The notes: generated from the letters alone by a model not told the origin. Positions 1 to 10,464 are shown, counted from the first letter of the stretch. The stretch: 64,000 nucleotides of DNA from Candidatus Spongiisociaceae bacterium (GCA_965219685.1 CBDCOH010000002.1:3328001-3392000), one strand, 5' to 3'. Numbers and translations are program-made.

Positions 1-3000
1 CCACCCACACCGAAAGGCGCGATCGCCCGGCGGGACGACAGGATGTTGACGGTCATCTCGTCACCGAACCGGACCCGGCGCACCGCCCCGTCACCGCCCC
101 GGTGCCTGCCCTGTCCTCCCGAGCCGTTCCTCACCTCGAAGCTGTCCAAACGCACCGGGAACCGCCACTCCAGCACCTCCGGATCGGTGAGACGGGAGTT
201 GGTCATGTGGGTGTGCACCGCGCTCCGCCCGTCACGCCGGGGGGTGGCGCCCGCCCCACCGCAGATGGTCTCGTAGTACTGGTAACGGTCATTGCCCCAG
301 ATGAAGTTGTTCATGGTGCCCTGCGATCCGGCCACCACCTCGAGGGCGCCGAACAGGGTGTCGACGATCTGCTGGCTGGTCTCGACGTTGCCCGCTATCA
401 CCGCGGCCGGGTACTCGGGATTGATCATCGAGTTCTCCGGCAATACGAGGGTGACCGGCTTCAGGCACCCCTCGTTGAGGGGAATGTCTGCGTCCACCAG
501 GCAGCGGAACACGTAGAGAACCGCGGCGTGGGCCACCGCCCTCGGTGCGTTGTAGTTGCCGGGATGGGTTCCGCTCGTGCCGGTGAAATCCACGACCGCC
601 GTACGGTCCTCCCGGTCGACCGTGATCTCCACCACGATGCGGCTCCCGTCGTCCATGTGTCCTACGAAGGACGAGTCGACGAGGGCGTCGATGACCCGTC
701 GCACCGACTCCTCGGCGTTGTTCTGGACGTGGACCATGTAGGCGTGGACCACGTCGAGCCCGTAGTGACCGATGACGGCCCGCAACTCGGTGGTCCCTTT
801 CTCGCAGGCCGCCACCTGCGCCTTCAGGTCGGCGATGTTCTGGTCCGGGCTCCGGGCCGGGTAGGGACCGCCCGCCAGCAGGTCCCTCAACTGCGGCTCC
901 CGGAACCTGCCGCCGGACACGAGGGTGAAGTTGTCTATGAGGATGCCTTCCTCATCCACGGTGGTGCTGTCGGCGGGCGCCGAGCCGGGAGTGCGACCGC
1001 CGATGTCGGCGTGATGACCCCGCGTGGCCACGTAGAAGATGACCGACTCCTCGGTCTCGTCGAACACCGGTTTTATCACCGTGATGTCCGGCAGGTGGGT
1101 CCCGCCGTTGTAAGGGGCGTTCATGACGTACACGTCTCCCGGGGCCATCCCTGCGGGGCCGCCCCGGTCCCGGATGATCGACTTGATCGACTCGCTCATG
1201 GATCCGAGATGAACCGGCATGTGGGGCGCATTGGCGATCAGATCACCCTCGGGGTCGAACAGGGCGCAGGAGAAGTCGAGCCGTTCCTTGATGTTGACCG
1301 ACACGGCGGTGTTCTCCAGCACCAGGCCCATCTGCTCGGCGATGTTCATGAACATGTTGTTGAAGATCTCCAACCGGACCGGGTCGGCGTCTGTACCGAT
1401 CGAAGCCCGGCGCGGCAGCGGCACCACCCTCTCCATCACCAGGTCACCTGAGAGGCTGATGACTGCCTGCCAACCGGGCTCGACCACCGCCGTCGAGGTC
1501 GGCTCGATGATCACGGCCGGGCCGTCCACCGGGTAGCCGGCGGGGATCGCCGCCCGGTCGAAGAAGGGAGTGGCTACCCACCGACCCTCCACGTAGGTGT
1601 CATGGGTGTCCATGGGATGGAGGTCTCCGCCGGCGACCGGCGGTAGGCCGAGGGGGACCTCGTGGCTGTGCCCGACCACCTCCACCTGCATCGACTCGAC
1701 CTCCAACCGGGTCCCGGGGGACAGGAAACCGAACCGCGCCATGTGAGCGGCAGCGAACCCGTCGGTGACCTCGCCCACCGATCCGGCCGGCACCTCGAGG
1801 GACGTGTCGGAGCCCCGGTACCTGACCCGGACCCTCCGCACGACCTCGGTACGGTCGGCGCCGACCCCCTGGGTCTGCATCGCTGCGGTGCCGTCCGCCG
1901 CCAGTTCCTCGAAATCCCGCTCAAGCCGCGCCAGCAGGTCCTCGTCGAGAGCGGCCTCCACGGAGCGGTCCCTCACCACCCGGACGTCGGCCAGCCCGAT
2001 TCCGAAGGCCGACAGGACACCGGCGTAGGGATGGCTAAGGACCCGACGCATCCCCAGGCTGTCGGCCACCCGGCAGGCATGCTGGCCAGCCGCGCCCCCG
2101 AAGCATGCGAGCGTGTATTCGGTCACGTCGTAGCCGCGCTGGACCGAGATCTTCTTGATCGCGTTGGCCATGTTCTCCACCGCGATCTCGAGGAACCCTT
2201 CGGCGGCGTCCTCCGGAGTCCGGGGAGTTCCGGTGGCTGCCGCGATCTCGTCGCTCAGGACGCCGAAGAGGGACCTCGTGCGGCGGGCATCGAGGGGCTG
2301 GTCGGCACCGGGCCCGAAGACCTTCGGGAACAGATCGGGCTGGAGGCGCCCCATCATCACGTTGCAGTCCGTGATCGCCAGTGGCCCTCCGTTGCCGTAG
2401 CAGGCCGGTCCCGGATCGGCACCGGCGGAGTCGGGTCCCACCGTGAGGCGACTCCCGTCGAAGTGGAGGACGGACCCGCCTCCTGCGGCCACCGTATGGA
2501 TCAGCATCATCGGTGCCCGGACCCGCACGCCGGCCACTTCGGTCTCGTAGGTCCGTTCGAGTTCACCGGCGTAGTGGGACACGTCGGTCGAGGTTCCTCC
2601 CATGTCGAAACCGATCAGGCGGTCGTATCCGGCGGCCAGGCCGGTCCGGACCATCCCGACCACGCCCCCGGCCGGCCCCGACAGCAGGGCATCCTTGCCT
2701 TGGAAGGAGTGTGCGCCGGCCAGGCCTCCGTTCGACTGCATGAACATCACGCGGGGCCGCCGGGCCGAGATCGACGCCAACTGCCGCTCCACCCGCTCTA
2801 TGTAGCGGCGGAGGATGGGAGACAGGTAGGCGTCCACGACTGTGGTGTCCCCGCGAGCCACCAGCTTCATCAGGGGGCTCACCTCGTGGCTGACCGAGAC
2901 CTGCCCGAACCCGAGGCGCCTGGCGACGGCGGCTGCCCTCTTCTCGTGGTCGCGGTAGCGGTAGCCGTGCATGAACAGGATCGCCACCGAGTCGATCCCT

Positions 3001-3464
3001 CTTGCCCTCGCCGCGGCCAGGTCGGCTTGGACCGCCTTCTCGTCCAGGGGGACGATCACCTCGCCCCCGGCACCGATCCTCTCGTCCACCTCGATGACCG
3101 ACTCGTAGAGCATCTCAGGGACTTCGATGTCTAGTTCGAACAGATCCGGACGGGTCTGGTAGCCGATCACCAGTGCGTCCCTGAAACCCCTGGTGGTCAC
3201 GAGGACGGTCGGCTCGCCCCGGCGCTCCAGCAGGGCATTGGTGGCCACGGTCGTACCCATCTTGACGGACTCGATCGGTGCCTCGCCGCCCGTCTGGCGG
3301 AGGATCCTCCGGATGCCCTCGATGGCGGCGTCCCGGTAGTGGCGCGGATTCTCGGAGAGCAGCTTCCCGGTGAGAACCTCACCGTGGGGCGTGCGGGCAA
3401 CCACGTCCGTGAAGGTGCCTCCGCGGTCTATCCAGAACTGCCAACCTACGCTCTGCGGCGCCAT
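1..3464 (-). CDS. oplA: 5-oxoprolinase / hydantoinase A+B fusion (ATP-hydrolysing); 3' end runs off the window
   Basis: Not in the ORF track. Read from ATG at 3464: MAPQSVGWQFWIDRGGTFTD..., then FDMGGTSTD, IHTVAAGGGS, SVNIKERLDFSCA, NAPHMPVHLGSM, GGTHLPD, SQGTMNNF. Confidence 0.92.
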   Translation of the reverse strand, partial: MAPQSVGWQFWIDRGGTFTDVVARTPHGEVLTGKLLSENPRHYRDAAIEGIRRILRQTGGEAPIESVKMGTTVATNALLERRGEPTVLVTTRGFRDALVIGYQTRPDLFELDIEVPEMLYESVIEVDERIGAGGEVIVPLDEKAVQADLAAARARGIDSVAILFMHGYRYRDHEKRAAAVARRLGFGQVSVSHEVSPLMKLVARGDTTVVDAYLSPILRRYIERVERQLASISARRPRVMFMQSNGGLAGAHSFQGKDALLSGPAGGVVGMVRTGLAAGYDRLIGFDMGGTSTDVSHYAGELERTYETEVAGVRVRAPMMLIHTVAAGGGSVLHFDGSRLTVGPDSAGADPGPACYGNGGPLAITDCNVMMGRLQPDLFPKVFGPGADQPLDARRTRSLFGVLSDEIAAATGTPRTPEDAAEGFLEIAVENMANAIKKISVQRGYDVTEYTLACFGGAAGQHACRVADSLGMRRVLSHPYAGVLSAFGIGLADVRVVRDRSVEAALDEDLLARLERDFEELAADGTAAMQTQGVGADRTEVVRRVRVRYRGSDTSLEVPAGSVGEVTDGFAAAHMARFGFLSPGTRLEVESMQVEVVGHSHEVPLGLPPVAGGDLHPMDTHDTYVEGRWVATPFFDRAAIPAGYPVDGPAVIIEPTSTAVVEPGWQAVISLSGDLVMERVVPLPRRASIGTDADPVRLEIFNNMFMNIAEQMGLVLENTAVSVNIKERLDFSCALFDPEGDLIANAPHMPVHLGSMSESIKSIIRDRGGPAGMAPGDVYVMNAPYNGGTHLPDITVIKPVFDETEESVIFYVATRGHHADIGGRTPGSAPADSTTVDEEGILIDNFTLVSGGRFREPQLRDLLAGGPYPARSPDQNIADLKAQVAACEKGTTELRAVIGHYGLDVVHAYMVHVQNNAEESVRRVIDALVDSSFVGHMDDGSRIVVEITVDREDRTAVVDFTGTSGTHPGNYNAPRAVAHAAVLYVFRCLVDADIPLNEGCLKPVTLVLPENSMINPEYPAAVIAGNVETSQQIVDTLFGALEVVAGSQGTMNNFIWGNDRYQYYETICGGAGATPRRDGRSAVHTHMTNSRLTDPEVLEWRFPVRLDSFEVRNGSGGQGRHRGGDGAVRRVRFGDEMTVNILSSRRAIAPFGVG

Positions 3465-3527
3465 GACTGCTCCTCCGTGCTCGTGTTGGGTCGTTGTTCG
3501 ACTGCTTTGCCTGGCCCGACGCAGCGG

Positions 3528-4613
3528 CTAGCGGGCACCGCCCGGGTTGGGAGTCAGGATTCTCCTGGGGTTCTCGACGAGCATGTTGCGGATCTGCTCC
3601 CCGGTCACGCCGAGGCTCCGCAGCAACGGTACCGCCCATTCGAGGACCAGCGAGTACCCGGACCCGCCGTAGCGCTTCCACAGCATCCGCATCCCCACGT
3701 CCTGCGCCATCACGATCTGGCGGTCGTACCCCTCGCTGCAGAGGACGGCGATGGCGTTGACCCGCTCGATGTCCGAGGGCATCCGGCATCCTCCCAGGAA
3801 CGCGGGCAAGTTCATCCCCTCGTAGCCGAAGGTGTCGTAGGACAGGGTGATGCCCCGCTCGAGGAGGCGCCGGTGGTAGTCCAGGTGGTCGAGGCTCAGA
3901 TCGCAGTGGCTGAGGTAGAAGCTGGCAAGGTCCGCGCCTTCCTCCTCTATCAGGTCTACGTAGGCCTCCCCCACCGTGGCGATACCGCCACCGCGGGCGT
4001 CGAAGATCGACGGGTGGATGGTGAAGCCCACCCCGGTCCTGACCTGGGCGCGGCAGGCGGCTCGTAGGATCTTCTCCTCCTCGGGATGGTACGGAAGCGG
4101 TTCCTCGGAGCAGGCGCACTCACCGATGGAGCCCGCCCGGATCCCGGTCTCCCCGATTCCCACGTCGATCTCCTCCACCATCAGGTCGGCAACCTCATCG
4201 GCGTCCATCTCGCTGACCCACGCCGGGTGCATCCCGTGCTTGTAGAACCCGGTGGTAGTGACGATGTTCAGACCGGTCGCCTCCGCGATGCGGCGAAGCG
4301 CCACGGGATCCCGGTTGAGGCCCACACCGGTGTTGTCGACCACGGTTCTCCCGCCGTGCGCTGCGAAGTGGCCCAGTTCCTCGGCTGCGATCCCCTCGTC
4401 GTTCAGCGACATGTTCTCCCGGTTGGGCGCCCCGCGACGGAGAGCGCCCAGGATGTCGATGGTGATCGGCAGATCCCAATAGGGAAAGTCGGAGGGATCC
4501 TCCCGGTCCGCGTTGAGCGCGGGTCCTCCGCCTGAGTAGACGTGTTCGTGTAGCAGGACGATTCCGAGTGCGTCCGGACCTACCGGTCCGGTGACCGTCT
4601 GGATCATGTTCAT
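3528..4613 (-). CDS. Phosphotriesterase-family (PHP-like) metallohydrolase
   Basis: IQTVTGPV...LGIVLLHEH, G-I-GE, TIHP, LSHCD and MAQD metal-ligand pattern; GGSGY near the C-terminus. Confidence 0.88.
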   Translation of the reverse strand: MNMIQTVTGPVGPDALGIVLLHEHVYSGGGPALNADREDPSDFPYWDLPITIDILGALRRGAPNRENMSLNDEGIAAEELGHFAAHGGRTVVDNTGVGLNRDPVALRRIAEATGLNIVTTTGFYKHGMHPAWVSEMDADEVADLMVEEIDVGIGETGIRAGSIGECACSEEPLPYHPEEEKILRAACRAQVRTGVGFTIHPSIFDARGGGIATVGEAYVDLIEEEGADLASFYLSHCDLSLDHLDYHRRLLERGITLSYDTFGYEGMNLPAFLGGCRMPSDIERVNAIAVLCSEGYDRQIVMAQDVGMRMLWKRYGGSGYSLVLEWAVPLLRSLGVTGEQIRNMLVENPRRILTPNPGGAR

Positions 4614-4651
4614 TCGGCACAGCCTCCATAAGGGTGATTCGAATCTTATGC

Positions 4652-4686
4652 CTGGTGGCTGGTGGCTGGTGGCCGGTGGCAGGTGG
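4652..4686. repeat. Heptamer tandem array (CTGGTGG)x5
   Basis: ctggtgg ctggtgg ctggtgg ccggtgg caggtgg, about 40 bp upstream of the PHP start. Confidence 0.9.
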
Positions 4687-4860
4687 AGGTCTTACCGCAC
4701 TGACAACTGTTATCTCAGGACATTCCGGCGGACCGGCCCCGATGTTGGAAAACCTGTTGAAGGTCGAACCGGCTGGCAGTAGTCTCGCCGGAGGGGCTGG
4801 ACTGCCGCACGGGACGGTCAAGGGACTGGATGCGCAGCAGCTGGCGGGAAGGAGACGGCA

Positions 4861-6222
4861 ATGGCATTGCCGAGCAGAAGGGATTTTCTAAAGAACTCAG
4901 CGAAGGTCGGAGGTGGTCTTGCCCTGCTCGGGGTGGCGGCTTGCGGGGAGGACGAGCCCGCTCCCACCACCGCGCCGCCCACCACCGCCGCACCGACCAC
5001 TGCGCCACCCACCACGATGGGCATGGAACCGGTGACCATAACGATCCTCACCGCCGACCAGTCCGCGGTTCAGTTCTTCACCGACATCGGACCTGACTTC
5101 GCCGCTATGCACCCCGATTTCGACATCACGTTCGACATCCCGGCCGAGCAACCGGCGGAGGTGCGGCAGCGGGTCCTTGACCAGTTGGCAGCCGGTGAGA
5201 AGATCGCTGACAGCACCGATCTCGACAGCGAGGACACGTGGAATTCGGCTCTCGCCGCCGGACTCCACGAGTCGGGTCTCTACGACTTCACGGACGCCGC
5301 CCAGCCCTGGGTGGACCAGATCGCGGGAGGCATGCGCGAGGGCAAGTTCAAGGGTCGCTACTACGGCATTCCCGGACTTCTCTCGGCGGTCACCTACTAC
5401 TACCGCGCCGATCTCTTTGAGCAGGCCGGGATAAGTGCCGACTTCGCGTCCTGGGACGACTTCATCGAGGGCGGGAAGAAGCTCAAGGCTGCCACCGGCG
5501 CCAACATCATGATCATCGAGGACAGCACCTCGAGGCACTTCAACTACATGATGCCCCACGCCGGCGGGAACGTCTTCGACGAGGAAGGGGCCGTCAATCT
5601 CGATGCCGATGAGAATCTGGAGGCCCTCGAGACCCTCGTCCGGATGGTTCGCGAGGACATCGCCTTCACGACCAGCGAGTTCTACGGGGCCGGGACTTTC
5701 GAGGCCTATCGCGACGACACCATCGGTGGCGCCTACATGCCCAACTGGTACGGCGATCTGCTGCTGCCCCCGAACCTGCCGGAGCACCAGGGCAGATTCA
5801 AGATGGCGCCGCCTCCGAAGTTCGAGGCCGGCTACACGAGCGCGCGTGGTGGAGCTCCCATCTATCCGGTCCTGGCCGGGCCGCATCAGGAGTTGGTGTT
5901 CGACTTCCTCGCCTTCGGGTTCCTGTCGGTGGAGAACAACGTCAAGAGGTTCGAGGACTTCGCGACGCCTCCGATGAACCTGGCGGCCTACGACGATCCG
6001 GCCTTGGCCGAGGCGGTGCATCCGTACCTGGAGCAGCCCGTGGCGCCGGTCTACACGGCGATGATCGAGAACTTCGCCACCGTCAACACCCACCCGCTGC
6101 TTATCCGGGCCCTGGACCATCTCACGACCAACACGGTTCCGCCCGTGCTGGCGGGGGACAAGGAGCCGGCAGCCGCCCTCAAGGAGGCGGCGGACGCGAT
6201 CCGGGCGATGGCCGGAGAGTGA
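4861..6222 (+). CDS. Carbohydrate ABC transporter substrate-binding lipoprotein with Tat signal
   Basis: SRRDFLK twin-arginine motif, VAAC lipobox, PTTA linker, YYRADLFEQAGI...SWDDF motif; followed by two permeases. Confidence 0.9.
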   Translation: MALPSRRDFLKNSAKVGGGLALLGVAACGEDEPAPTTAPPTTAAPTTAPPTTMGMEPVTITILTADQSAVQFFTDIGPDFAAMHPDFDITFDIPAEQPAEVRQRVLDQLAAGEKIADSTDLDSEDTWNSALAAGLHESGLYDFTDAAQPWVDQIAGGMREGKFKGRYYGIPGLLSAVTYYYRADLFEQAGISADFASWDDFIEGGKKLKAATGANIMIIEDSTSRHFNYMMPHAGGNVFDEEGAVNLDADENLEALETLVRMVREDIAFTTSEFYGAGTFEAYRDDTIGGAYMPNWYGDLLLPPNLPEHQGRFKMAPPPKFEAGYTSARGGAPIYPVLAGPHQELVFDFLAFGFLSVENNVKRFEDFATPPMNLAAYDDPALAEAVHPYLEQPVAPVYTAMIENFATVNTHPLLIRALDHLTTNTVPPVLAGDKEPAAALKEAADAIRAMAGE

Positions 6223-6379
6223 TAACCGGCACCGTCGTCCCTGTCACGGACCGCGGTGCGAGAGCGGGAACTCGATCAAGAGATGACGAGCGGACGGAGC
6301 CGCTGGTCGACCGAGAAAAAGTGTCGGCCGGCGGCCGGTCTCTCCGACTCCGAGCATCCCGGTACGCAACAGGACTGAG

Positions 6380-7351
6380 TTGACTTCCCGATCCGACGAA
6401 TCGCGCTCTGACCTGCGGTCCCTGTTCCGTGGCTCGAGGGAATCGCGCCTGGCTCCCTACCTGTTCCTGGCGCCGTTCCTGGTCCTGTTCACCATCTTCA
6501 CGATCTACCCGGCTGCGCTGGGTGTCTACCTGAGCCTCACCAAGTGGACGGGAGCGGTCGGCCAGGAACCCGAGTTGATCGGCCTGTCCAACTACCGGCG
6601 CATGCTGAAGGATCCGTCGTTCATCACCTCCCTCACCAACACCGCATGGCTGGCGGTGGGCGCCGTCATCGTGATCGTCCCGACCGCCCTGTTCCTGGCG
6701 GTGGTCCTGAACACGCAATGGATACGTCTGCGTACCTTCCTGCGGACCGCCTTCTTCCTCCCGATAGGCACCCCGACCGTGGTGATAGCCATGGTTTTCA
6801 TCGTGCTGTACAGCGAGCACTACGGGGCGCTCAACTGGCTTCTCGGCCTGTTCGGTGTCGGGCCGTTCGATTTCACCGGGACCCCCGCCTTCGTCAAACC
6901 CGCCATCGTCGGGCTCCTGCTGTGGCAGTGGACCTCTGTTCCCATGATCTACTTCCTGGCCGGCCTGCAGGGCATCCCGCCTTCCCTGTACGACGCCGCC
7001 CTGGTCGACGGGGCCGGACCCTGGGCGTCGTTCCGGAGAGTGACCCTCCCCCTGCTGCGGCCCGTTTCCCTCCTGGTCCTGGTCCTGCTGGTCAACGACG
7101 CCATCCGTATCTTCGACCAGATATTCATCCTCCTGTTCTTCACCGGCGCTCCATACCAGACGAGCGGGGGACCGGGAGAGCAGGGACTGACGCTCGTCCT
7201 GTATATGTACCGCTCGGCGTTCCGGTTCAGGGAGTTGGGCTTCGGCGCAGCCGTGGGCGTCTCGATCTTCGCACTGGGGCTGGCCATCGCCCTCGTGCAG
7301 TTGTGGAGGTTCGGTGCGCTGAGAAAGGAGGGCGGCGGTGCCGGCAACTGA
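6380..7351 (+). CDS. Carbohydrate ABC transporter permease (MalF-like)
   Basis: YLFLAPF, GLSNY, LAGLQGIPPSLYDAALVDGA (EAA loop), VTLPLLRP. Confidence 0.92.
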   Translation: MTSRSDESRSDLRSLFRGSRESRLAPYLFLAPFLVLFTIFTIYPAALGVYLSLTKWTGAVGQEPELIGLSNYRRMLKDPSFITSLTNTAWLAVGAVIVIVPTALFLAVVLNTQWIRLRTFLRTAFFLPIGTPTVVIAMVFIVLYSEHYGALNWLLGLFGVGPFDFTGTPAFVKPAIVGLLLWQWTSVPMIYFLAGLQGIPPSLYDAALVDGAGPWASFRRVTLPLLRPVSLLVLVLLVNDAIRIFDQIFILLFFTGAPYQTSGGPGEQGLTLVLYMYRSAFRFRELGFGAAVGVSIFALGLAIALVQLWRFGALRKEGGGAGN

Positions 7352-8228
7352 CACCGAACGCCGCCCGGCGACTCCTTCCGCGGGATCGCTCGACACGTCC
7401 GTGTACCGTCGGCGGGCTGTCCGCGTCCTCCTCCAGGTCCTGCTCGTCATCGCGGCGCTGGTGGCTCTCTACCCGCTGATCTTCATGGTGTCCGGCTCCT
7501 TCAAACGCGTCTCCGAACTCACGTCCCTGCCCCCCACCCTCATCCCGAGGGCGTTCGACCCGGGCGGCTACGAACAGCTGGCGACCACCGGATTCCCCCG
7601 GTGGTTCGCCAACAGCATCTTCGTGACCGCTCTCCGCGTGAGCCTCACGATCCTGGTCTCGTCGATGGCCGCCTTCGCGTTCGCCGTGTACCGCTTCCCG
7701 TTCAGGCGGATCCTGTTCATCATCGTGGTCGGATCCCTGCTGCTCCCCTTCGAGGTGCTCTACCTACCGCTGCTTTCGCTGATGATCGACCTCGACTGGA
7801 TGAACACCTACCAGGCCCTGATCCTCCCGTTTGTCGCCAGCGGCTTCTCCGTGTTCGTGATCCACCAGTACATGGTCAGCCTGCCGTCCGAGCTCATCCA
7901 GGCGGCCCGGGTCGACGGAGCGTCGGAGTGGCGTATCTACTGGAACGTGGCTATGCCGCTGGCGCGGCCCATCCTCGGGGCGATCAGCGTGATCCTCTTC
8001 ATACAGACCTGGAACAGCTTCTTCTGGCCCCTGATCGTCCTCCAGGACACGGACCTGTTCGTCCTACCGGTGGGCCTGACCGCTCTGCTCGCACGGGTGT
8101 TCCACGAGCAGGACATGTGGACGGCGGTCCTGGCGGGGAGCACCCTGATGACCATCCCGATGGTGATCGTCTTCCTTGTGATGCAACGCCACCTGGTCGC
8201 AGGACTAACGGAGGGCTTCAAAGCCTGA
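7338..8228 (+). CDS. Carbohydrate ABC transporter permease (MalG-like)
   Basis: LPSELIQAARVDGA EAA loop, WNSFFWPL, LVAGLTEG C-terminus. Confidence 0.92.
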   Translation: MPATDTERRPATPSAGSLDTSVYRRRAVRVLLQVLLVIAALVALYPLIFMVSGSFKRVSELTSLPPTLIPRAFDPGGYEQLATTGFPRWFANSIFVTALRVSLTILVSSMAAFAFAVYRFPFRRILFIIVVGSLLLPFEVLYLPLLSLMIDLDWMNTYQALILPFVASGFSVFVIHQYMVSLPSELIQAARVDGASEWRIYWNVAMPLARPILGAISVILFIQTWNSFFWPLIVLQDTDLFVLPVGLTALLARVFHEQDMWTAVLAGSTLMTIPMVIVFLVMQRHLVAGLTEGFKA

Positions 8229-8265
8229 GGCCCCCCTGTTCGGAGTCCTGCCCCGACCCAAGGGG

Positions 8266-9592
8266 TCATACATCGAAGTAGGACACGGAACCCGGAATGA
8301 GACCCATCAACCGCTGGTAGGTCTGGACGACCTGCCGCTCTGTCATGCTCGCCAACAGATCGGCCGCCAATCGCTGTGAGCTGTCCCCGCTGTCACGCCG
8401 ATCCCGTATGGCCTGTGGGAGCAAGGCGCGATCACGATGTTTCTTGCTTCCGATCACGTCGACGTAGACGCTGAACAGCGTCTCGAGCATCCGCCGTTGA
8501 CCCGCTCGGATGCTGACAACCCTCGGATGCTGGATGACGTAATGCTTCGTCAGCCCCTTCAGCAGTTTGACGTCGAACTCGGCCTCCTCGTCAATCTTGA
8601 CGAGTCGTGTGTCCTCGGCCGTCGCCTCGCGTAGCGATATGGCATTGATGAACCTCGTTATCAGCGCCGACGCGGCAGTCCGTAGCGCCTCCCGCTGCTG
8701 CCTTCTACCGTCGAACGGAGCATCAAGGGGTAGAAAGTAGAGGTCGATCAGATACACCAGTCTCTCGGCCGCCTTGGTCTGGTCTTCGGTTAGATCCTCC
8801 TCCTCGTGCAATTCCTCGGCCACCCGGTCTATCTCAGTGGTCATGCCGCTTGAACCGTTGGAGCCTCGCGTATAGAGCCTCTCGAGTGGGATCAGGCCCG
8901 CACGGTAGAAGTCTTCCAGATCATGGACGGCATAGGTGATGTCGTCGGCCCAATCCATCAACTCGGCCTCGACACTTAACTGCCCTTCCCGAAGGTCTGC
9001 GCTGTCCCGGGCCCATTCGAAACAGTCGGTGTCCTCCCCGTAGGCACCCCACTTACCTTTGTTCTCACCAGCCTTCTCCCCACAGCCATGGGTATTTGAG
9101 AATGGCGTTGAGCGAGGCTCTTGTGAGGTCCAAGCCCGGAGGTTCCTGCTCTGCATAGCGGACAGCCAGCCTGGTGACGATGCGGAAGGACTGCGGGTTT
9201 CCTTCAAATCCCTCAGAGAGGCCGCTATCCCGCATTGCCCTGTTGATCGCGGCCTCACCACCATGGCCGAATGGCGGGTGACCGAGGTCATGAGCAAGGC
9301 CCGCCAATTCTACGACATCCGGATCAGGCCCTCCGCACACCTTCAACAGATCGCGAGAGGACTTCTGGATAAGCCTCTCGGCCATCCGGCGTCCTACTTG
9401 TGCCACCTTGAGTGAGTGCGTCAGACGGTTGTGGAACACATCACCTTCGGTTGCCGACACAACCTGTGTGACACCGCTGAGGCGACGGAACTCATCTGAG
9501 TAGAGAACCCGATCGCGGTCACGCTGGAATTCGCTTCGGTATTCCCCTTCTTTCCGCCGGGATCCCGAGTAACGCTCAGGCCCTCCCCTCAT
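8266..9592 (-). pseudogene. dgt: dGTP triphosphohydrolase (HD domain) split by a 1-nt frameshift near 9078-9081; possibly a sequencing error
   Basis: ORF 9065-9592 has FQRDRDRVLYS, RLTHSLKVAQ, AHDLGHPPFGH, FEGN, LKYPW. ORF 8266-9297 continues with KWGAY, EAELMDWADDITYAVHDLED and ADLLASMTE. Confidence 0.88.
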
Positions 9593-9843
9593 CGACGGAC
9601 TAGACGGATGCCCTCGATGCCCGTGTCAAGACTCCCGCGGCTCACGAGCTCCAAAACTGCGATAGAAACCTGCGCATGGCTGAAGTGAGGATCATTGAGG
9701 CGTCGCTTCACCTCTCGCACGTTCGTGATCGTCTCTCCATCCTCGAAGAGCCTCAACACCCGTTGTCTGCGCTCCCGGCGCGCGGCCATCACCTGCATAA
9801 TTCGTTGCCTGCGGCTATCGCTTCTCGTCGGAGTCCGCTCCAT
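9589..9843 (-). CDS. Small basic hypothetical protein, possibly winged-helix, translationally coupled to dgt
   Basis: 84-aa ORF with a purine-rich RBS; its TGA overlaps the dgt ATG (ATGA). Confidence 0.6.
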   Translation of the reverse strand: MERTPTRSDSRRQRIMQVMAARRERRQRVLRLFEDGETITNVREVKRRLNDPHFSHAQVSIAVLELVSRGSLDTGIEGIRLVRR

Positions 9844-9936
9844 CCCTCTCCCCTTCCCCCTGCTTGAACTTACGTCAGTGTAAGTAATAGCACGTGGGTA
9901 TGACAGCCCTGGTCGGGATCGTCGGGATCTGGTTTC

Positions 9937-10464
9937 CTAGCTTCGTTCGATGACTCCGCAGGCAACTCGGTCGCCGGCCCCGGGTTCCGCGCCGTAGCTG
10001 TCGGGTTTGGCGTGGATGATGATCGCGGAGCCGTCGGCGTCGAAGAGGGATCCATCGGCACCGGCCGCGAGGGAGATCCGGTCGGCGAAGTAGTCGGTGC
10101 GTGCGATACCGTCGTCGCCGGCGTGGATGTTAGGTAGGTCCCCTGGATGCCAGCTCTCCGCGTGCATGAAGCCGTGGCCCTCGTCGTCGGGATCGAAATG
10201 GCCTCCGGCCGCCGAGAAGTCCGGCGTGCAGGCGCCAACACCATGGATGTGGAATCCGTGCGGTCCGGGGGTCAGCCCGCTGATCTCGGCGGAGATCAGA
10301 ACACCGTTGGGTCCTTGCGTCAGGACGACCTTGCCCATCGGGTCGCCATCGGGCCCCGACATCGACGCTACGGCCGTTTGGCCCACCGCGCTCGTTTCCT
10401 CCCCGCACGCCGCCAGGCCGACTACTACCACCAACCCCAACACAACTACAGCAATACGTCGCAT
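9937..10464 (-). CDS. sodC: Cu/Zn superoxide dismutase lipoprotein
   Basis: Lipobox LAAC; HGFHIH, GGHFDP, HPGDLPNI, IIIHAKPD, GAGDRVACGVI. Confidence 0.95.
   Translation of the reverse strand: MRRIAVVVLGLVVVVGLAACGEETSAVGQTAVASMSGPDGDPMGKVVLTQGPNGVLISAEISGLTPGPHGFHIHGVGACTPDFSAAGGHFDPDDEGHGFMHAESWHPGDLPNIHAGDDGIARTDYFADRISLAAGADGSLFDADGSAIIIHAKPDSYGAEPGAGDRVACGVIERS

Noticed and set aside
102-3134. Long plus-strand ORFs of 449 and 490 aa
   Set aside because: Antisense shadows of the minus-strand oxoprolinase. The same applies to most overlapping ORFs in this high-GC track.
4963-5015. ACCACCGC-type repeats in the SBP gene
   Set aside because: They encode the PTTAP linker after the lipobox; codon-period repeat, not part of the heptamer family.
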